From the NCBI GenBank assembly GCA_944363935.1, contig CALVVT010000073.1, forward strand, positions 4,226 to 68,225: 64,000 bases of DNA, given 5' to 3'. Shown one piece after another: positions 20,603-30,443 of the stretch. The translations under genes and the position numbers were made by a program. Numbering within the stretch: position 1 is the first letter of the stretch; each line of letters opens with the position of its first letter. Under the pieces are notes generated by a model. That model was not told the DNA's origin and searched no databases. It worked only from the letters and a program-made list of their open reading frames with translations. This DNA is from an uncultured Bacilli bacterium. Its GTDB lineage: Bacteria > Bacillota_I > Bacilli_A > RF39 > UBA660.

Positions 20603-22294
20603 TTAATTTCTATTAGTATGTATTTTTTTTACTTTATTATTTAAAACTTTTAACATTAAATCAAAATCAATAATTTCTAAATTAGTAATTGGGTGAAATT
20701 CCCTATTTCTAATTATTCTTTTCTTATAATACCTCATATGTCTAGAATCTTTTATAGTTTTTCTAGTTTTTAATATTCTTAAATTTCTAATTGTAAGTAC
20801 TACATTTCGTAAATCCTGTGGTTTAGGTATAACTTTCACCTTTGGTTCTTTTATTTTCGGTGCTTCTGTTACTATTGGTTTTACTTCTGGTACTTTTTCT
20901 ATCACTTTAGGTGCTTCTGTTACCACTGGTTTTACTTCCGGCACTTTTTCCATCACTTTAGGTGCTTCTGTTACCACTGGTTTTGCTTCTGGTACTTTTT
21001 CTATTACTTTAGGTGCTTCTGTTACCACTGGTTTTACTTCCGGCACTTTTTCTATTACTTTAGGTGCTTCAGTTACCATTGGTTTTGCTTCTGGTACTTT
21101 TTCTATCACTTTAGGTGCTTCTGTTACCACTGGTTTTACTTCCGGCACTTTTTCTATCACTTTAGGTGCTTCTGTTACCACTGGTTTTACTTCTGGTACT
21201 TTTTCTATCACTTTAGGTGATTCAGTTACTACTGGCTTTATTTTAGCTTTAGAATCTGATTTGATATTAGGAATTTCAGTAAACACTGATGGCTTTGGTA
21301 CTTCTTTAATAACTTCTTTCTTTAAAGTTTCCATAGGTTTCATTAAATCTGGTTTACTATTAAAAATATTATCTTTTTTAACTGGTAACTTTTCTTTAGA
21401 ATTTACTATATTTTTATTAATAAACGTTTTTTTGTTATCTTTTACTTCTGATTTTAACTCTTCTTTAACTTCATTAATTTCCAAAGTTTCTGGCTCTTTA
21501 ACTAAAGAAACTGAACTCTTTTCTTCTAATAAAGGAACAGCAGTTTCTTTAGGATTAATGTCTAAAATTTCAGGTTTTTCTTTTTTAGAAAGTTCGTCTA
21601 AACTTATTAATTTAGCTTCTAAAACAACATTTTTGTTAGCTTTTTTTTCGTTTATTTCTTCATTAATAATATCTTCATTACTAATTTTTTCATCTTTTAA
21701 AATATTGTCTTTTTCGTCAAGCATTTCAGTAATTCTATTAATAATTGTAATAACACATACAGAAACAATCTGTAAAAGAAAAACTCCCATTAATAACTGC
21801 ATTAAAGTTAAAACATCACTATTAGAATATAACGCATTTTCTCTATAAATATTAATGTCATTAGACTGTATAGTTACTAAAACTAAACAAAATAAAGTTT
21901 GAACAATAGCAAAACCTGTAAAATTAATTATTCTAACTACTTTAACTAATTTTTTATAAAAAACTGTAATTAAACAAATAATAGCTGATAAAATAATAAC
22001 AACAAATAAGGTAATAAAATTAGGAAAATAAAGGGTCATAAAAAAGCCATTTACAACATTATCAAATAAATCAAATAAAGTACTACCACCGATAAATAAA
22101 ACAACGGCAATAACGATAATATAAATAAGTAAAATTATTTTTTTTACATCTTTTTCCTTTTTAGTGGTATCTCTTTCTAAAAACATAACAACCATAGGTA
22201 CCATTAAAATAATTAAGAAAAAAGGATGGGCGATTATATTATCAAAAAGTATTTGTAATTTTTCTAGTAATGAAAGCTCTTCCAATTTTACCAC
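20603..22294 (-). CDS. Polytopic membrane protein with a C-terminal Pro/Lys/Glu-rich 17-aa tandem-repeat region
   Basis: 563 aa with N-terminal multi-TM segments. The motif KPVVTEAPKVIEKVPEV repeats about 8 times, encoded by 51-bp tandem DNA repeats. Confidence 0.6.
   Translation of the reverse strand: MVKLEELSLLEKLQILFDNIIAHPFFLIILMVPMVVMFLERDTTKKEKDVKKIILLIYIIVIAVVLFIGGSTLFDLFDNVVNGFFMTLYFPNFITLFVVIILSAIICLITVFYKKLVKVVRIINFTGFAIVQTLFCLVLVTIQSNDINIYRENALYSNSDVLTLMQLLMGVFLLQIVSVCVITIINRITEMLDEKDNILKDEKISNEDIINEEINEKKANKNVVLEAKLISLDELSKKEKPEILDINPKETAVPLLEEKSSVSLVKEPETLEINEVKEELKSEVKDNKKTFINKNIVNSKEKLPVKKDNIFNSKPDLMKPMETLKKEVIKEVPKPSVFTEIPNIKSDSKAKIKPVVTESPKVIEKVPEVKPVVTEAPKVIEKVPEVKPVVTEAPKVIEKVPEAKPMVTEAPKVIEKVPEVKPVVTEAPKVIEKVPEAKPVVTEAPKVMEKVPEVKPVVTEAPKVIEKVPEVKPIVTEAPKIKEPKVKVIPKPQDLRNVVLTIRNLRILKTRKTIKDSRHMRYYKKRIIRNREFHPITNLEIIDFDLMLKVLNNKVKKIHTNRN
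20858..21238. repeat. 51-bp tandem repeat, about 7.5 copies, inside the coding sequence
   Basis: Unit GGTGCTTCTGTTACCACTGGTTTTACTTCCGGCACTTTTTCTATCACTTTA with minor variants. Confidence 0.85.
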
Positions 22295-22324
22295 CTCACA
22301 CTACCTTTACTATATCATAAATAG

Positions 22325-23971
22325 CTATTTTTTGTCTACTTGCCGAGAAAATTTTTGTTTAATTATTTGAAAGAAATTAGGGCCTAAAATATCAGTAATT
22401 GTCTTTGATTTATAAGCAGCAAAGAAATATATAATAATGCCAATAATTCCATATAAAATAATAAATAAAATAGAAATAAATCTTGATTCTGATACATTTG
22501 GAATAAATAAATTAATAATAGCTAAACTAACAATCATAATTAACGTACTTAAAACTACTTTTAAGAATGTTTTAACCGTCTTGAAATAATTTATTCCTGT
22601 TTTCGTTTTAACTCTGTAAAGTAAATATAAACTCGCACAAGTATCGATAAAGATATTTAATGTAATTGTTGCATAATATGCTTCTAATCCTAAAGTATTA
22701 AATAGATGCATAAACGGAACATTTAAACAGATTTTAACTATTAAAGAACCTACTAACGCGATAATAGAATCTTTAGTATTATTTAACGTTTGATTAGTAT
22801 TAATCATAACGGTAAATAAAGAAAGCGGTATTTGTGATAAAATTAATAAAGCAAAAATTGATGTATTTAATTCATTATATCCATAAAACACCGTCCAAAC
22901 ACTACCAGCCATAAAACTAATACCCGCTGAAAGTGGAATTGTTACTAAAAATAATACCCCTAATGCTTCCGTGATTTTATTATTTACTTCCTTAAAGTTT
23001 TTAATAGCATAACTACTAGCAATCGCTGGAATTAAGCTTGTAATAATGCCTGTCGCAATTGACATAACTATCATATTAAGTTTAGAACCCCAAGTTGATA
23101 TAACACTAATAACATTTTCACTGATAGCTGTTGTATATCCTAAAGACGATAAAGCTTTAACAACTGTGAAAACATCAACCATTGTAAATGCTGATTGTAA
23201 AACAGAAATTATTACAAATGGTAAAGCATAAAAAATTATTTTCCTTACAATATCTTTAGAAGTTATCTTTTTTTCAATCGGTGTTATTTTTTCTTCTCTT
23301 TTTAAGTCTTTTTTATTTTTTCTAATCTTATTTGCTACATAAAAATATGCCGCAATCGCGCCTACTGTCGCGCCAAATACAGCAACACCTACTGCTGTAT
23401 TTAAAGATAAATGAAAGACTTTTAAAGCTAAAAAAGAACCTGCTAAAATAACAATAACTCTAACTACTTGTTCTAAAATATTAGCTACCGAAGAAGTTGT
23501 CATTATTTTATGTCCTTGTAAATAACCTTTAGAAACACTTAAAAATGGAACTATTAATATAGCTGTAGAAATAACTCTAATTACCATTGCAACATCTTCT
23601 ATACTGTTTCCACCTTTAACATCACCAATTATTAAATAAGCAATTTGTGGTGCGAAAACAAATAAAGCAATAAAGGAAACAACACATAAAACAGAAATTA
23701 TTTTAAGACCTATTTTAAAAGTTCTTTCTTTGGTATTATAGTATTCTTTTGCATTAAATTCACTAATAACTTTACTCATAGCAACAGGAATACCAGAAGT
23801 GGCTAAATTTAAAAACATATTATATATTGAATAAGCATAACTATATAATGCTCCTCCTTGTACCCCTATTATAGCGTAAAAAGGTATTACATAAATAAGA
23901 CCAATTATTTTACATATAACAATACCAAAGGTTGAAATAGCTGCTCCAGCTAAAAAGCCTGTTTTTTTCAA
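22325..23971 (-). CDS. MOP-superfamily polysaccharide/lipid II flippase (MurJ/SpoVB-like)
   Basis: 548 aa, about 14 TMS, N-terminus MKKTGFLAGAAISTFGIVICKIIGLIYVIPF typical of MurJ/SpoVB family. Confidence 0.65.
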   Translation of the reverse strand: MKKTGFLAGAAISTFGIVICKIIGLIYVIPFYAIIGVQGGALYSYAYSIYNMFLNLATSGIPVAMSKVISEFNAKEYYNTKERTFKIGLKIISVLCVVSFIALFVFAPQIAYLIIGDVKGGNSIEDVAMVIRVISTAILIVPFLSVSKGYLQGHKIMTTSSVANILEQVVRVIVILAGSFLALKVFHLSLNTAVGVAVFGATVGAIAAYFYVANKIRKNKKDLKREEKITPIEKKITSKDIVRKIIFYALPFVIISVLQSAFTMVDVFTVVKALSSLGYTTAISENVISVISTWGSKLNMIVMSIATGIITSLIPAIASSYAIKNFKEVNNKITEALGVLFLVTIPLSAGISFMAGSVWTVFYGYNELNTSIFALLILSQIPLSLFTVMINTNQTLNNTKDSIIALVGSLIVKICLNVPFMHLFNTLGLEAYYATITLNIFIDTCASLYLLYRVKTKTGINYFKTVKTFLKVVLSTLIMIVSLAIINLFIPNVSESRFISILFIILYGIIGIIIYFFAAYKSKTITDILGPNFFQIIKQKFSRQVDKK

Positions 23972-23983
23972 GTTAAATCACCC

Positions 23984-24153
23984 TACCTATAAACTATTAA
24001 AGCGGAAAAACAATAAACTTGTTCTTCGGAAAATATACTAACACTTACAGCATAATGAATATCAATTATTTCAGGATTTTCCTGAACAATAAAGTTGTTA
24101 ATCGCGCTTTCTAAATCTTTTTCGTGACCTTCGTCAAACACTTTTACTTTCAT
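23984..24153 (-). CDS. Cse60/YteV-like small protein (not in the supplied ORF track)
   Basis: Minus-strand ORF MKVKVFDEGHEKDLESAINNFIVQENPEIIDIHYAVSVSIFSEEQVYCFSALI with RBS GGTGA. It matches the Cse60 family pattern (M-KVK-FDEEHEKDLE...IDIKY...YC-SA). Confidence 0.6.
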
Positions 24154-24238
24154 TATTATATCACCATTTTAATTTTATACAAAATATATAGCAAAAAAAG
24201 TCAAAAAAAGATTTAACTTTAATATTTAATTAAATCTT

Positions 24239-24351
24239 TATAAATATCTACTGTTCAATTGTGTACGCTACTGTTCAATTGTGTACGTTACTGTTCAATT
24301 GTGTACGCTACTGTTCAATTGTGTACGTTACTGTTCAATTGTGTACGCTAC
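24239..24351. repeat. 20-bp tandem repeat array (~5.6 copies) with strictly alternating C/T at one position
   Basis: CTGTTCAATTGTGTACG(C/T)TA x5 plus a partial copy. Each unit contains the CAATTG palindrome. It lies in the intergenic region between the Cse60-like gene and the AlbA_2 gene. Confidence 0.9.
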
Positions 24352-24370
24352 TGTTCAATTTATTTATTAA

Positions 24371-24973
24371 TTAATATTTAATTATATACTTACCATATTT
24401 ATCATTTTTAGATGTTCCGGTCCAAACAATTAAATCTTCCACTATTAATTTGTTTAATAAATTAATTGCTGAAGTTTTTTTACGATTAATTATTTCAGCA
24501 ACTTCTGCTTCAAAATTTCTTTCGCCTTTTTCATATTCCAAACTTCTCACTTGTATGGAATTAAGTTTTATCGAAGAATCACCTTGTCTTAAATAAACTT
24601 CATCTTTATTATTACGAACAATAAAATTCATAACAGGATTTATATGAAATAAAATAATAGTATCTTTTTCATTTTTATTATTTAAAACATCAATTAATTC
24701 TATATTATAATTAGGTGTTGGTTTTAAATAATTAGTAACAACTTTTTGACATTCATTTAATTTATTAATACCATAAATATTAAAGCCTTCAATAGTACCG
24801 TCGTCTTTAATTCCAATTGCAATCACACCACCATTAGCATTTGCAAAAGAAGCAATTTCATTAGCTAATTCTTGATTACTAATTTTAGCACTTTTGCGAT
24901 CAAAATATAAATTTTCTTTAGTATTTGTTAAATAATCAATTGTAATACTAGGATCAAATTTTGAAATAGACAT
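24371..24973 (-). CDS. AlbA_2/Schlafen-like putative DNA-binding domain protein
   Basis: 200 aa; LYFDRKSAKIS...IASFANANGGVIAIGIKDDGTIEG matches the AlbA_2 (divergent AAA-4) domain signature. Confidence 0.6.
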   Translation of the reverse strand: MSISKFDPSITIDYLTNTKENLYFDRKSAKISNQELANEIASFANANGGVIAIGIKDDGTIEGFNIYGINKLNECQKVVTNYLKPTPNYNIELIDVLNNKNEKDTIILFHINPVMNFIVRNNKDEVYLRQGDSSIKLNSIQVRSLEYEKGERNFEAEVAEIINRKKTSAINLLNKLIVEDLIVWTGTSKNDKYGKYIIKY

Positions 24974-25078
24974 TTTATCACCTTTTTCTTATTAAGAGTA
25001 TACCATTAATTTAGCTATTTTACTTACTAAAATTTAAAAAAAAATTAAAAAAATTCTAGAACCAATTCCAGAATTTTA

Positions 25079-26296
25079 TTAACGACTATAAAATCTACTA
25101 CCTTCACCTGGAAGCTGGGTAAGCCAAGTTCTAGGATCCATGTGTGGCCCTCTACTTAAAGTAAAGAAATCTTTTAAATAACGGCCTTTAAATAATTTAA
25201 AATCCAAATGAGAACCAGAAGTACAACTATCATAACTAGGATTACCACCTTGCGTACCTATTTGAGTTGTATAATTAACTGTTTGTCCACTTGATACTGT
25301 AACCGTTTTTAAATGATAATAAACAGTTGTATAATCCCTACCATTAACATTGTGCAGGATATAGACAATATTTTTTCCGCAAGATTGATTTCGAGATATT
25401 GTTATAACCCGGCCAGCAGTTATCGCATAAACTGGGGCTCCTTCATAATTAGATATATCGATAGCATTATGATTATTACCATAATAGTTTTGCGTTACTT
25501 TACCTTGTGTAAGAGGAATATAAAATCCATTACTACCTCCACCAGTTACACTACCACCACCAGAAGATCCACTAGAACCTCCATCTCCAGTTGTTACTCT
25601 AGGTGGATTAAGTCTATTTTCACAAGTTTGCATATCTTCATTACCACGGCAACCCATACTTTTTAAAGTATTAACATAACTCATTAAGTTTTGATATTCA
25701 GCCTGATAAGTTTGAACATTATCATTAAGTTCGTCTATTTCTTTTGAAAGTTTATTAACAAGTTCTTGTAATTCTTTATTCTTTTCGTTTAATTCATTTT
25801 GTTTTTGAGAAAGTTCTTTTTGTTTACTTTCATGATTTTTAATCATTTTATTATACTGGCCCATAAGTTCGTCATTATAATCAGAAAGTTGTTCCGCTAC
25901 TGAAATTCGGTAAATAAAATCCGTAAAATCTTTAGCCCCAAATATATATTCTAAATAACTCATTTCTCCTTCAGATACTTGAACAAAAGTCATAATTTGT
26001 TTTATTTCTTTATCTTTAGTATCGATTGTTGTTTCTAATTCTTTAATTTCTTTTTCTAAAGAAGATATATCATTTTGCACAGTTTTTATTTCATTTTGAA
26101 TTTTATCTTTTTCCGCCAAAGCTGCTTCTTTTTCTTCTTCTGTCATTTCTTTTTTAGCTGTAGTACTCCGTTCTTGATTTAATTTTGCTTCCGCTTGGGC
26201 GATATATTCGTCTAAAGTTTCAGCTTTTATTACTAATGGAAAACAAATAAAAGTTAAAATCATTATTAAACTTATTATCGTAATTCTTTTTAACAT
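25079..26296 (-). CDS. Secreted coiled-coil protein with a C-terminal M23 (LytM) peptidase domain
   Basis: 405 aa. Signal peptide, about 200 aa of coiled coil, a Gly/Ser linker, then M23 motifs (HNAIDIS...YYHLK...GSHLDF). Confidence 0.8.
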   Translation of the reverse strand: MLKRITIISLIMILTFICFPLVIKAETLDEYIAQAEAKLNQERSTTAKKEMTEEEKEAALAEKDKIQNEIKTVQNDISSLEKEIKELETTIDTKDKEIKQIMTFVQVSEGEMSYLEYIFGAKDFTDFIYRISVAEQLSDYNDELMGQYNKMIKNHESKQKELSQKQNELNEKNKELQELVNKLSKEIDELNDNVQTYQAEYQNLMSYVNTLKSMGCRGNEDMQTCENRLNPPRVTTGDGGSSGSSGGGSVTGGGSNGFYIPLTQGKVTQNYYGNNHNAIDISNYEGAPVYAITAGRVITISRNQSCGKNIVYILHNVNGRDYTTVYYHLKTVTVSSGQTVNYTTQIGTQGGNPSYDSCTSGSHLDFKLFKGRYLKDFFTLSRGPHMDPRTWLTQLPGEGSRFYSR

Positions 26297-26375
26297 CTAA
26301 CCACCTGCCTCTATAATAAAATTATAGCATATTTTCATTAAAAATACAAAAAAAAGACTTTAATTACTAAAGTCA

Positions 26376-27569
26376 TTAACGATGGCTAAAATAGGCCCCT
26401 TCACTAGGTATTTGCGGAGCAACTGTTCTTGGATTAATTCTTCCACTATTAGGATTTCCACCATTAGCTACTCTATTTTCCCAACTATTACCAGCATTAT
26501 CAAATAAATTTAAATGAACATGGATTCCGCCAGAACATCTATCACCAGTATTACGGCCAGCCATTGAACCTATTTTCGTCATATAAGAAACGTTTTGACC
26601 AACTCTAACTGACCAACTAGAAAGATGCCAGTACGAAGTAATATAAGAGTGACCATTAATATTATGTTTTACATAAACTATATGATTTCCACAACTTGGA
26701 CTATAAGTAAGTAAAATAACCTGCCCATCAGCAATTGGATAAACTGGGTCTCCGGCTGTACTATTAGAAAAATCAATACCAGTATGATTTTCACCGCCAC
26801 CGTAAGAACGCCAACCATAATCACTAGTAACATAACCTTTTGATATTGGCATATAAGTTCCGTTTACACTGACTAAATTTCCCCCTCTTAAACAACTAGA
26901 AACAGTTTCATTACCACTACAACCTCTGGCTTTCATACTATTAATTAAACTTATTTGGGTTTTATATTCTTCTTCTTTACTAATAATACCAGATTGTAAT
27001 TTTTCAATTTCTTCACTTAATTTTGCTTCTAAAACAGTAAGTTCTTGTTGTTTTTTAGCAAGTTCATTTTGTTTATTAGATAAATCAACTTGCTTTTGTT
27101 CTAGATTTTTAACGTCATTATCATATTCTTCAATTAATTTATCATTATAATCAGAAAGCTGTTCAGCGACAGAAACTCTATAGATAAAATCTGTAAAGCT
27201 ACTAGCCCCAAATATATACTCAAGATAAGTTGAAGAACCTTCAGAAACTTGAACAAACTTCATTATTTCTTTAATTTCTTCGTCTTTCTTTTCAATTGAT
27301 TTTTGCAGTTTTTCAATATCTTTTTCTATTTGTTTAAGTTCTTCATTAATACTAATAATTTCTTCTTCAGCAGCTTCTTTATCTTTAATAGCTTTTTCTC
27401 TTTCTTGTTCAGTTAAAGATTTTTGTGATTTAGCAGCATTATAAGCATCACGATTAGCTTTAGCTTGAGCAAGTAATTCATTTAAAGTTGCTTCTTTAGC
27501 TAATACGGGAAAATTAAAAGCTAAAAAACTAAAAACTAAAACAAATAAAACTAATAAACATTTTTTCAC
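26376..27569 (-). CDS. Secreted coiled-coil protein with a C-terminal M23 (LytM) peptidase domain; tandem paralog of 25079-26296
   Basis: 397 aa with the same architecture (FVQVSEG..YLEYIFGA..; HTGIDFS..WHLS..HVHLNLF). Confidence 0.8.
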   Translation of the reverse strand: MKKCLLVLFVLVFSFLAFNFPVLAKEATLNELLAQAKANRDAYNAAKSQKSLTEQEREKAIKDKEAAEEEIISINEELKQIEKDIEKLQKSIEKKDEEIKEIMKFVQVSEGSSTYLEYIFGASSFTDFIYRVSVAEQLSDYNDKLIEEYDNDVKNLEQKQVDLSNKQNELAKKQQELTVLEAKLSEEIEKLQSGIISKEEEYKTQISLINSMKARGCSGNETVSSCLRGGNLVSVNGTYMPISKGYVTSDYGWRSYGGGENHTGIDFSNSTAGDPVYPIADGQVILLTYSPSCGNHIVYVKHNINGHSYITSYWHLSSWSVRVGQNVSYMTKIGSMAGRNTGDRCSGGIHVHLNLFDNAGNSWENRVANGGNPNSGRINPRTVAPQIPSEGAYFSHR

Positions 27570-27573
27570 ACTA

Positions 27574-28221
27574 TCACTGCTCCTTTAATATTTTTACAGC
27601 TTTCTTATAATCTGGCATGTATTTGGCAACAGTTTGCCAAAATTCTTTAGAATGATCAAAATGAACTAAATGTGAAAGTTCATGAACAATTACATAATCA
27701 ATTTCATGAATTTCATATCTAATTAATTTAGAGTTTAATGTAACTGATGTATCTCTTTTATTACACACACCCCATCTAGTTTTCATTTTCCTAGTTTTTA
27801 ATTTAGGAAAAGGAATGTCTTCTTCAAACAAGTTATATTTTATTTCTAATCTCTCGTTAAATATTTTTAGCATTTGTTTATGGAGCCATTTTTCTAAATA
27901 AGCATAAGATGGTGTATATATTTTACTACCATCTATTTCAACGCTTTCAAAAGGTACGATCACAACATCGTACTTTTGACCTAAATAATAAAATTCTTGC
28001 TCGCGTTCGTATTTTACTTTAGCGGTTGTTAAAGCTTTTTTTAAATATTCTTTTTCATTATCAAGAATCGCTTTTATTTGCCATTTCGGTGTCAATATAT
28101 TAGTTGTTACATAAATATTTAAATCGTCTTTGACTTTTATATAAGTATTTTTATTGTTTTTTTTCGTAACAACGACTTTATATTTTTCATTATCTAATTT
28201 ATAGTAAAACTCATATGACAT
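27574..28221 (-). CDS. YgjP-like (DUF45/M48-type) zinc metallohydrolase
   Basis: 215 aa; C-terminal IVHELSHLVHFDHSKEFW HExxH-type motif typical of the YgjP/DUF45 family. Confidence 0.65.
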   Translation of the reverse strand: MSYEFYYKLDNEKYKVVVTKKNNKNTYIKVKDDLNIYVTTNILTPKWQIKAILDNEKEYLKKALTTAKVKYEREQEFYYLGQKYDVVIVPFESVEIDGSKIYTPSYAYLEKWLHKQMLKIFNERLEIKYNLFEEDIPFPKLKTRKMKTRWGVCNKRDTSVTLNSKLIRYEIHEIDYVIVHELSHLVHFDHSKEFWQTVAKYMPDYKKAVKILKEQ

Positions 28222-28233
28222 AACTATTCACCA

Positions 28234-28677
28234 CTATTCTTCTACATACTCAACATATTCAGCACTAGCTACTTCGTCATTAGTAAGTGGTAAATCAACA
28301 GAAGAAATAATTTCTCTACTCTCTCCAGGATTTAATGGTTCACCTAAATAAGCAAGTAAAGTAACAACCTCATTCCCATCTTTATCCTTTAAAAGAATAC
28401 CAAAATCTTCAATATTTTTAATTTCATTTGTATTATTAACAACATCAGCATAAAAAACTGATAAATCACCTTGAACTTCAAGTCTAATATTATTGATTTC
28501 TAAATCGTTATAAGCACTATCTTGAATTACTTCTTCATTAGTATTATTAACAATTTTTTCTTCCTTTTTATTATTTTCTTCTTTATTATTGTTTAAATTA
28601 ACAATAACTCCCACTACTAAAGCAATAATAACTAATATTACCGCTATAATAATAGCTAATATTTTTTTATTTTGCAT
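28234..28677 (-). CDS. Membrane-anchored hypothetical protein
   Basis: 147 aa with an N-terminal TM anchor and an acidic C-terminus. Confidence 0.4.
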   Translation of the reverse strand: MQNKKILAIIIAVILVIIALVVGVIVNLNNNKEENNKKEEKIVNNTNEEVIQDSAYNDLEINNIRLEVQGDLSVFYADVVNNTNEIKNIEDFGILLKDKDGNEVVTLLAYLGEPLNPGESREIISSVDLPLTNDEVASAEYVEYVEE

Positions 28678-28762
28678 CGCCTAGCCTCCTTCTACTTTCT
28701 ATAACACATTATATCATTTTTAGAAAAAAAAGCAAACTAAAAGAGTGAAATTTCACTCTTAA

Positions 28763-30322
28763 TTAAAGTACAGTTAAAATTGCACATACTAATAAGATAA
28801 TTAGGAATACTAGTAAAGCAAATTTCCAAATGTATTTAAACCATTGTTTATAAGATACATCAAAGAAACTTAAACCAGCAATTAAAACTACACTAGTTGG
28901 GAATATTAACATTGCAACTGCATAAACTGATTGAATTAATAAACCAGCAACTGATAATGCTGATGCATCAAAACCAGTAACATATGTAGCCATACCAGAT
29001 AGTAAATAATATAAATCATTATAGAAGAAACTTCCAAATAATGAAGCAATAGCTGTTGTAATTACATTAAAGCCATCTGATAATTCGAATGTTTTAGCAA
29101 ACATTGTATCAACAAGTGTTCCAGTTCCACTATATGAAGCTTGATAAAGTACATATAGAATTACACTAGCAAGACCAGCATAAATAGCAGTTGGCATCAT
29201 TTTTTTCATGCCTGAAATAAATGCTTCGACATAGTTATGTAAACTTAAACGATATAACCAAGCAATAACTGCTGAAGCAATAATCATCATGATAACAAAT
29301 TCTGTATTACCCCAATAACCTATTTGAGTAATACCGCTAAATAAGTGTTCGAAAATTGCAAAATCACCTATTTTAACACCCATAATATCTTCATATAAAT
29401 CATTAAAGAAATTAATATCAAATGAATAGTACCAGTTATACATACCAACAAAAGTAACAATAAACATTAAAGTAAATATTACTGCAAGTGGGGCGATACT
29501 GATAGCTTTTTCACTGTTAACTTTTTTAACTGATTTACTAATAGCCATAGCTTTAGTTGTTTTTTTAGTAGTTTTTTTCGCAGGTGTTTTCTTGGTTGTT
29601 TTTTTAGCTACTTCTTTTTTCGCTGAAGCTTTTTTAGCCGGAGCTTTTTTAACTTCTTTTACTTCTTTAGGTTCTTCTACTTTTTTAACTGTTTCTTTTA
29701 CAGTTACTGGTTTAGTAAGATTTTTACTAAATTTAAGTACAAAAACGATAAAGATAACTGTAATCACTACTAATAAAATAATTTTCGCAACTAATTGGTT
29801 TGTCATATCAAGTGATAAGATATTTTTAGTATAACCTGAAATATTAAAACCAAAAGTTGAAGCTGCTGAGCCAATTAAAATTGAACCAACAGTTGAAGCC
29901 ATAGCCACTACTTTGGTAAAGTTTAATTTAAACAATACCATAGCTGATAATGGAACTAAAACAAATAAAGGTACAATAAGTCCTGTTACTGAAGAAAGTA
30001 AAACATAGAAAATTATTGTAATAACTAAAAATGTTTTAGCTTTTTTACTAAATTTACCAGCTAATTTGTCAGTTAATTTATCTAATGCTCCTGTTTTACT
30101 CATAACTCCGTATAAACCACCAATTACCGCAAAAACAACGATATAAGTAGCAAATACAAGAACGGTTGAAACAGGAATACTAAATAAATCAAAAATTCCA
30201 ACTGCATCGATACCATTTGTTTCTAATTCTCCACTAGTATAGGTACCTACTGGAATAATCCAACTTAAAATAACAAAAATTAAGAAAGATATTCCGATAG
30301 CTTTTAATAAATTCCTTTTCAC
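28763..30322 (-). CDS. YfcC-family (AbgT/DcuC-like) membrane transporter with a Lys/Ala-rich insertion loop
   Basis: 519 aa polytopic protein with a YfcC-like N-terminus (IPVGTYTSGELE). The central loop is KKAPAKKASAKKEVAKKTTKKTPAKKTTKKTTK. Confidence 0.5.
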   Translation of the reverse strand: MKRNLLKAIGISFLIFVILSWIIPVGTYTSGELETNGIDAVGIFDLFSIPVSTVLVFATYIVVFAVIGGLYGVMSKTGALDKLTDKLAGKFSKKAKTFLVITIIFYVLLSSVTGLIVPLFVLVPLSAMVLFKLNFTKVVAMASTVGSILIGSAASTFGFNISGYTKNILSLDMTNQLVAKIILLVVITVIFIVFVLKFSKNLTKPVTVKETVKKVEEPKEVKEVKKAPAKKASAKKEVAKKTTKKTPAKKTTKKTTKAMAISKSVKKVNSEKAISIAPLAVIFTLMFIVTFVGMYNWYYSFDINFFNDLYEDIMGVKIGDFAIFEHLFSGITQIGYWGNTEFVIMMIIASAVIAWLYRLSLHNYVEAFISGMKKMMPTAIYAGLASVILYVLYQASYSGTGTLVDTMFAKTFELSDGFNVITTAIASLFGSFFYNDLYYLLSGMATYVTGFDASALSVAGLLIQSVYAVAMLIFPTSVVLIAGLSFFDVSYKQWFKYIWKFALLVFLIILLVCAILTVL

Positions 30323-30443
30323 TTTTCTCTACCTCCCAGTGTAATTATATCAAAAAATCCTTATAATATAAAGTTTTTTTGAAATTTTTCATAAAATTTT
30401 CAAAAAAAAACACAGTCTACCCCATTAATTGCTGTGATAATAA

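Noticed and set aside
24239-24351. CRISPR array?
   Set aside because: These are direct 20-bp tandem repeats with no unique spacers between units and no cas genes nearby.
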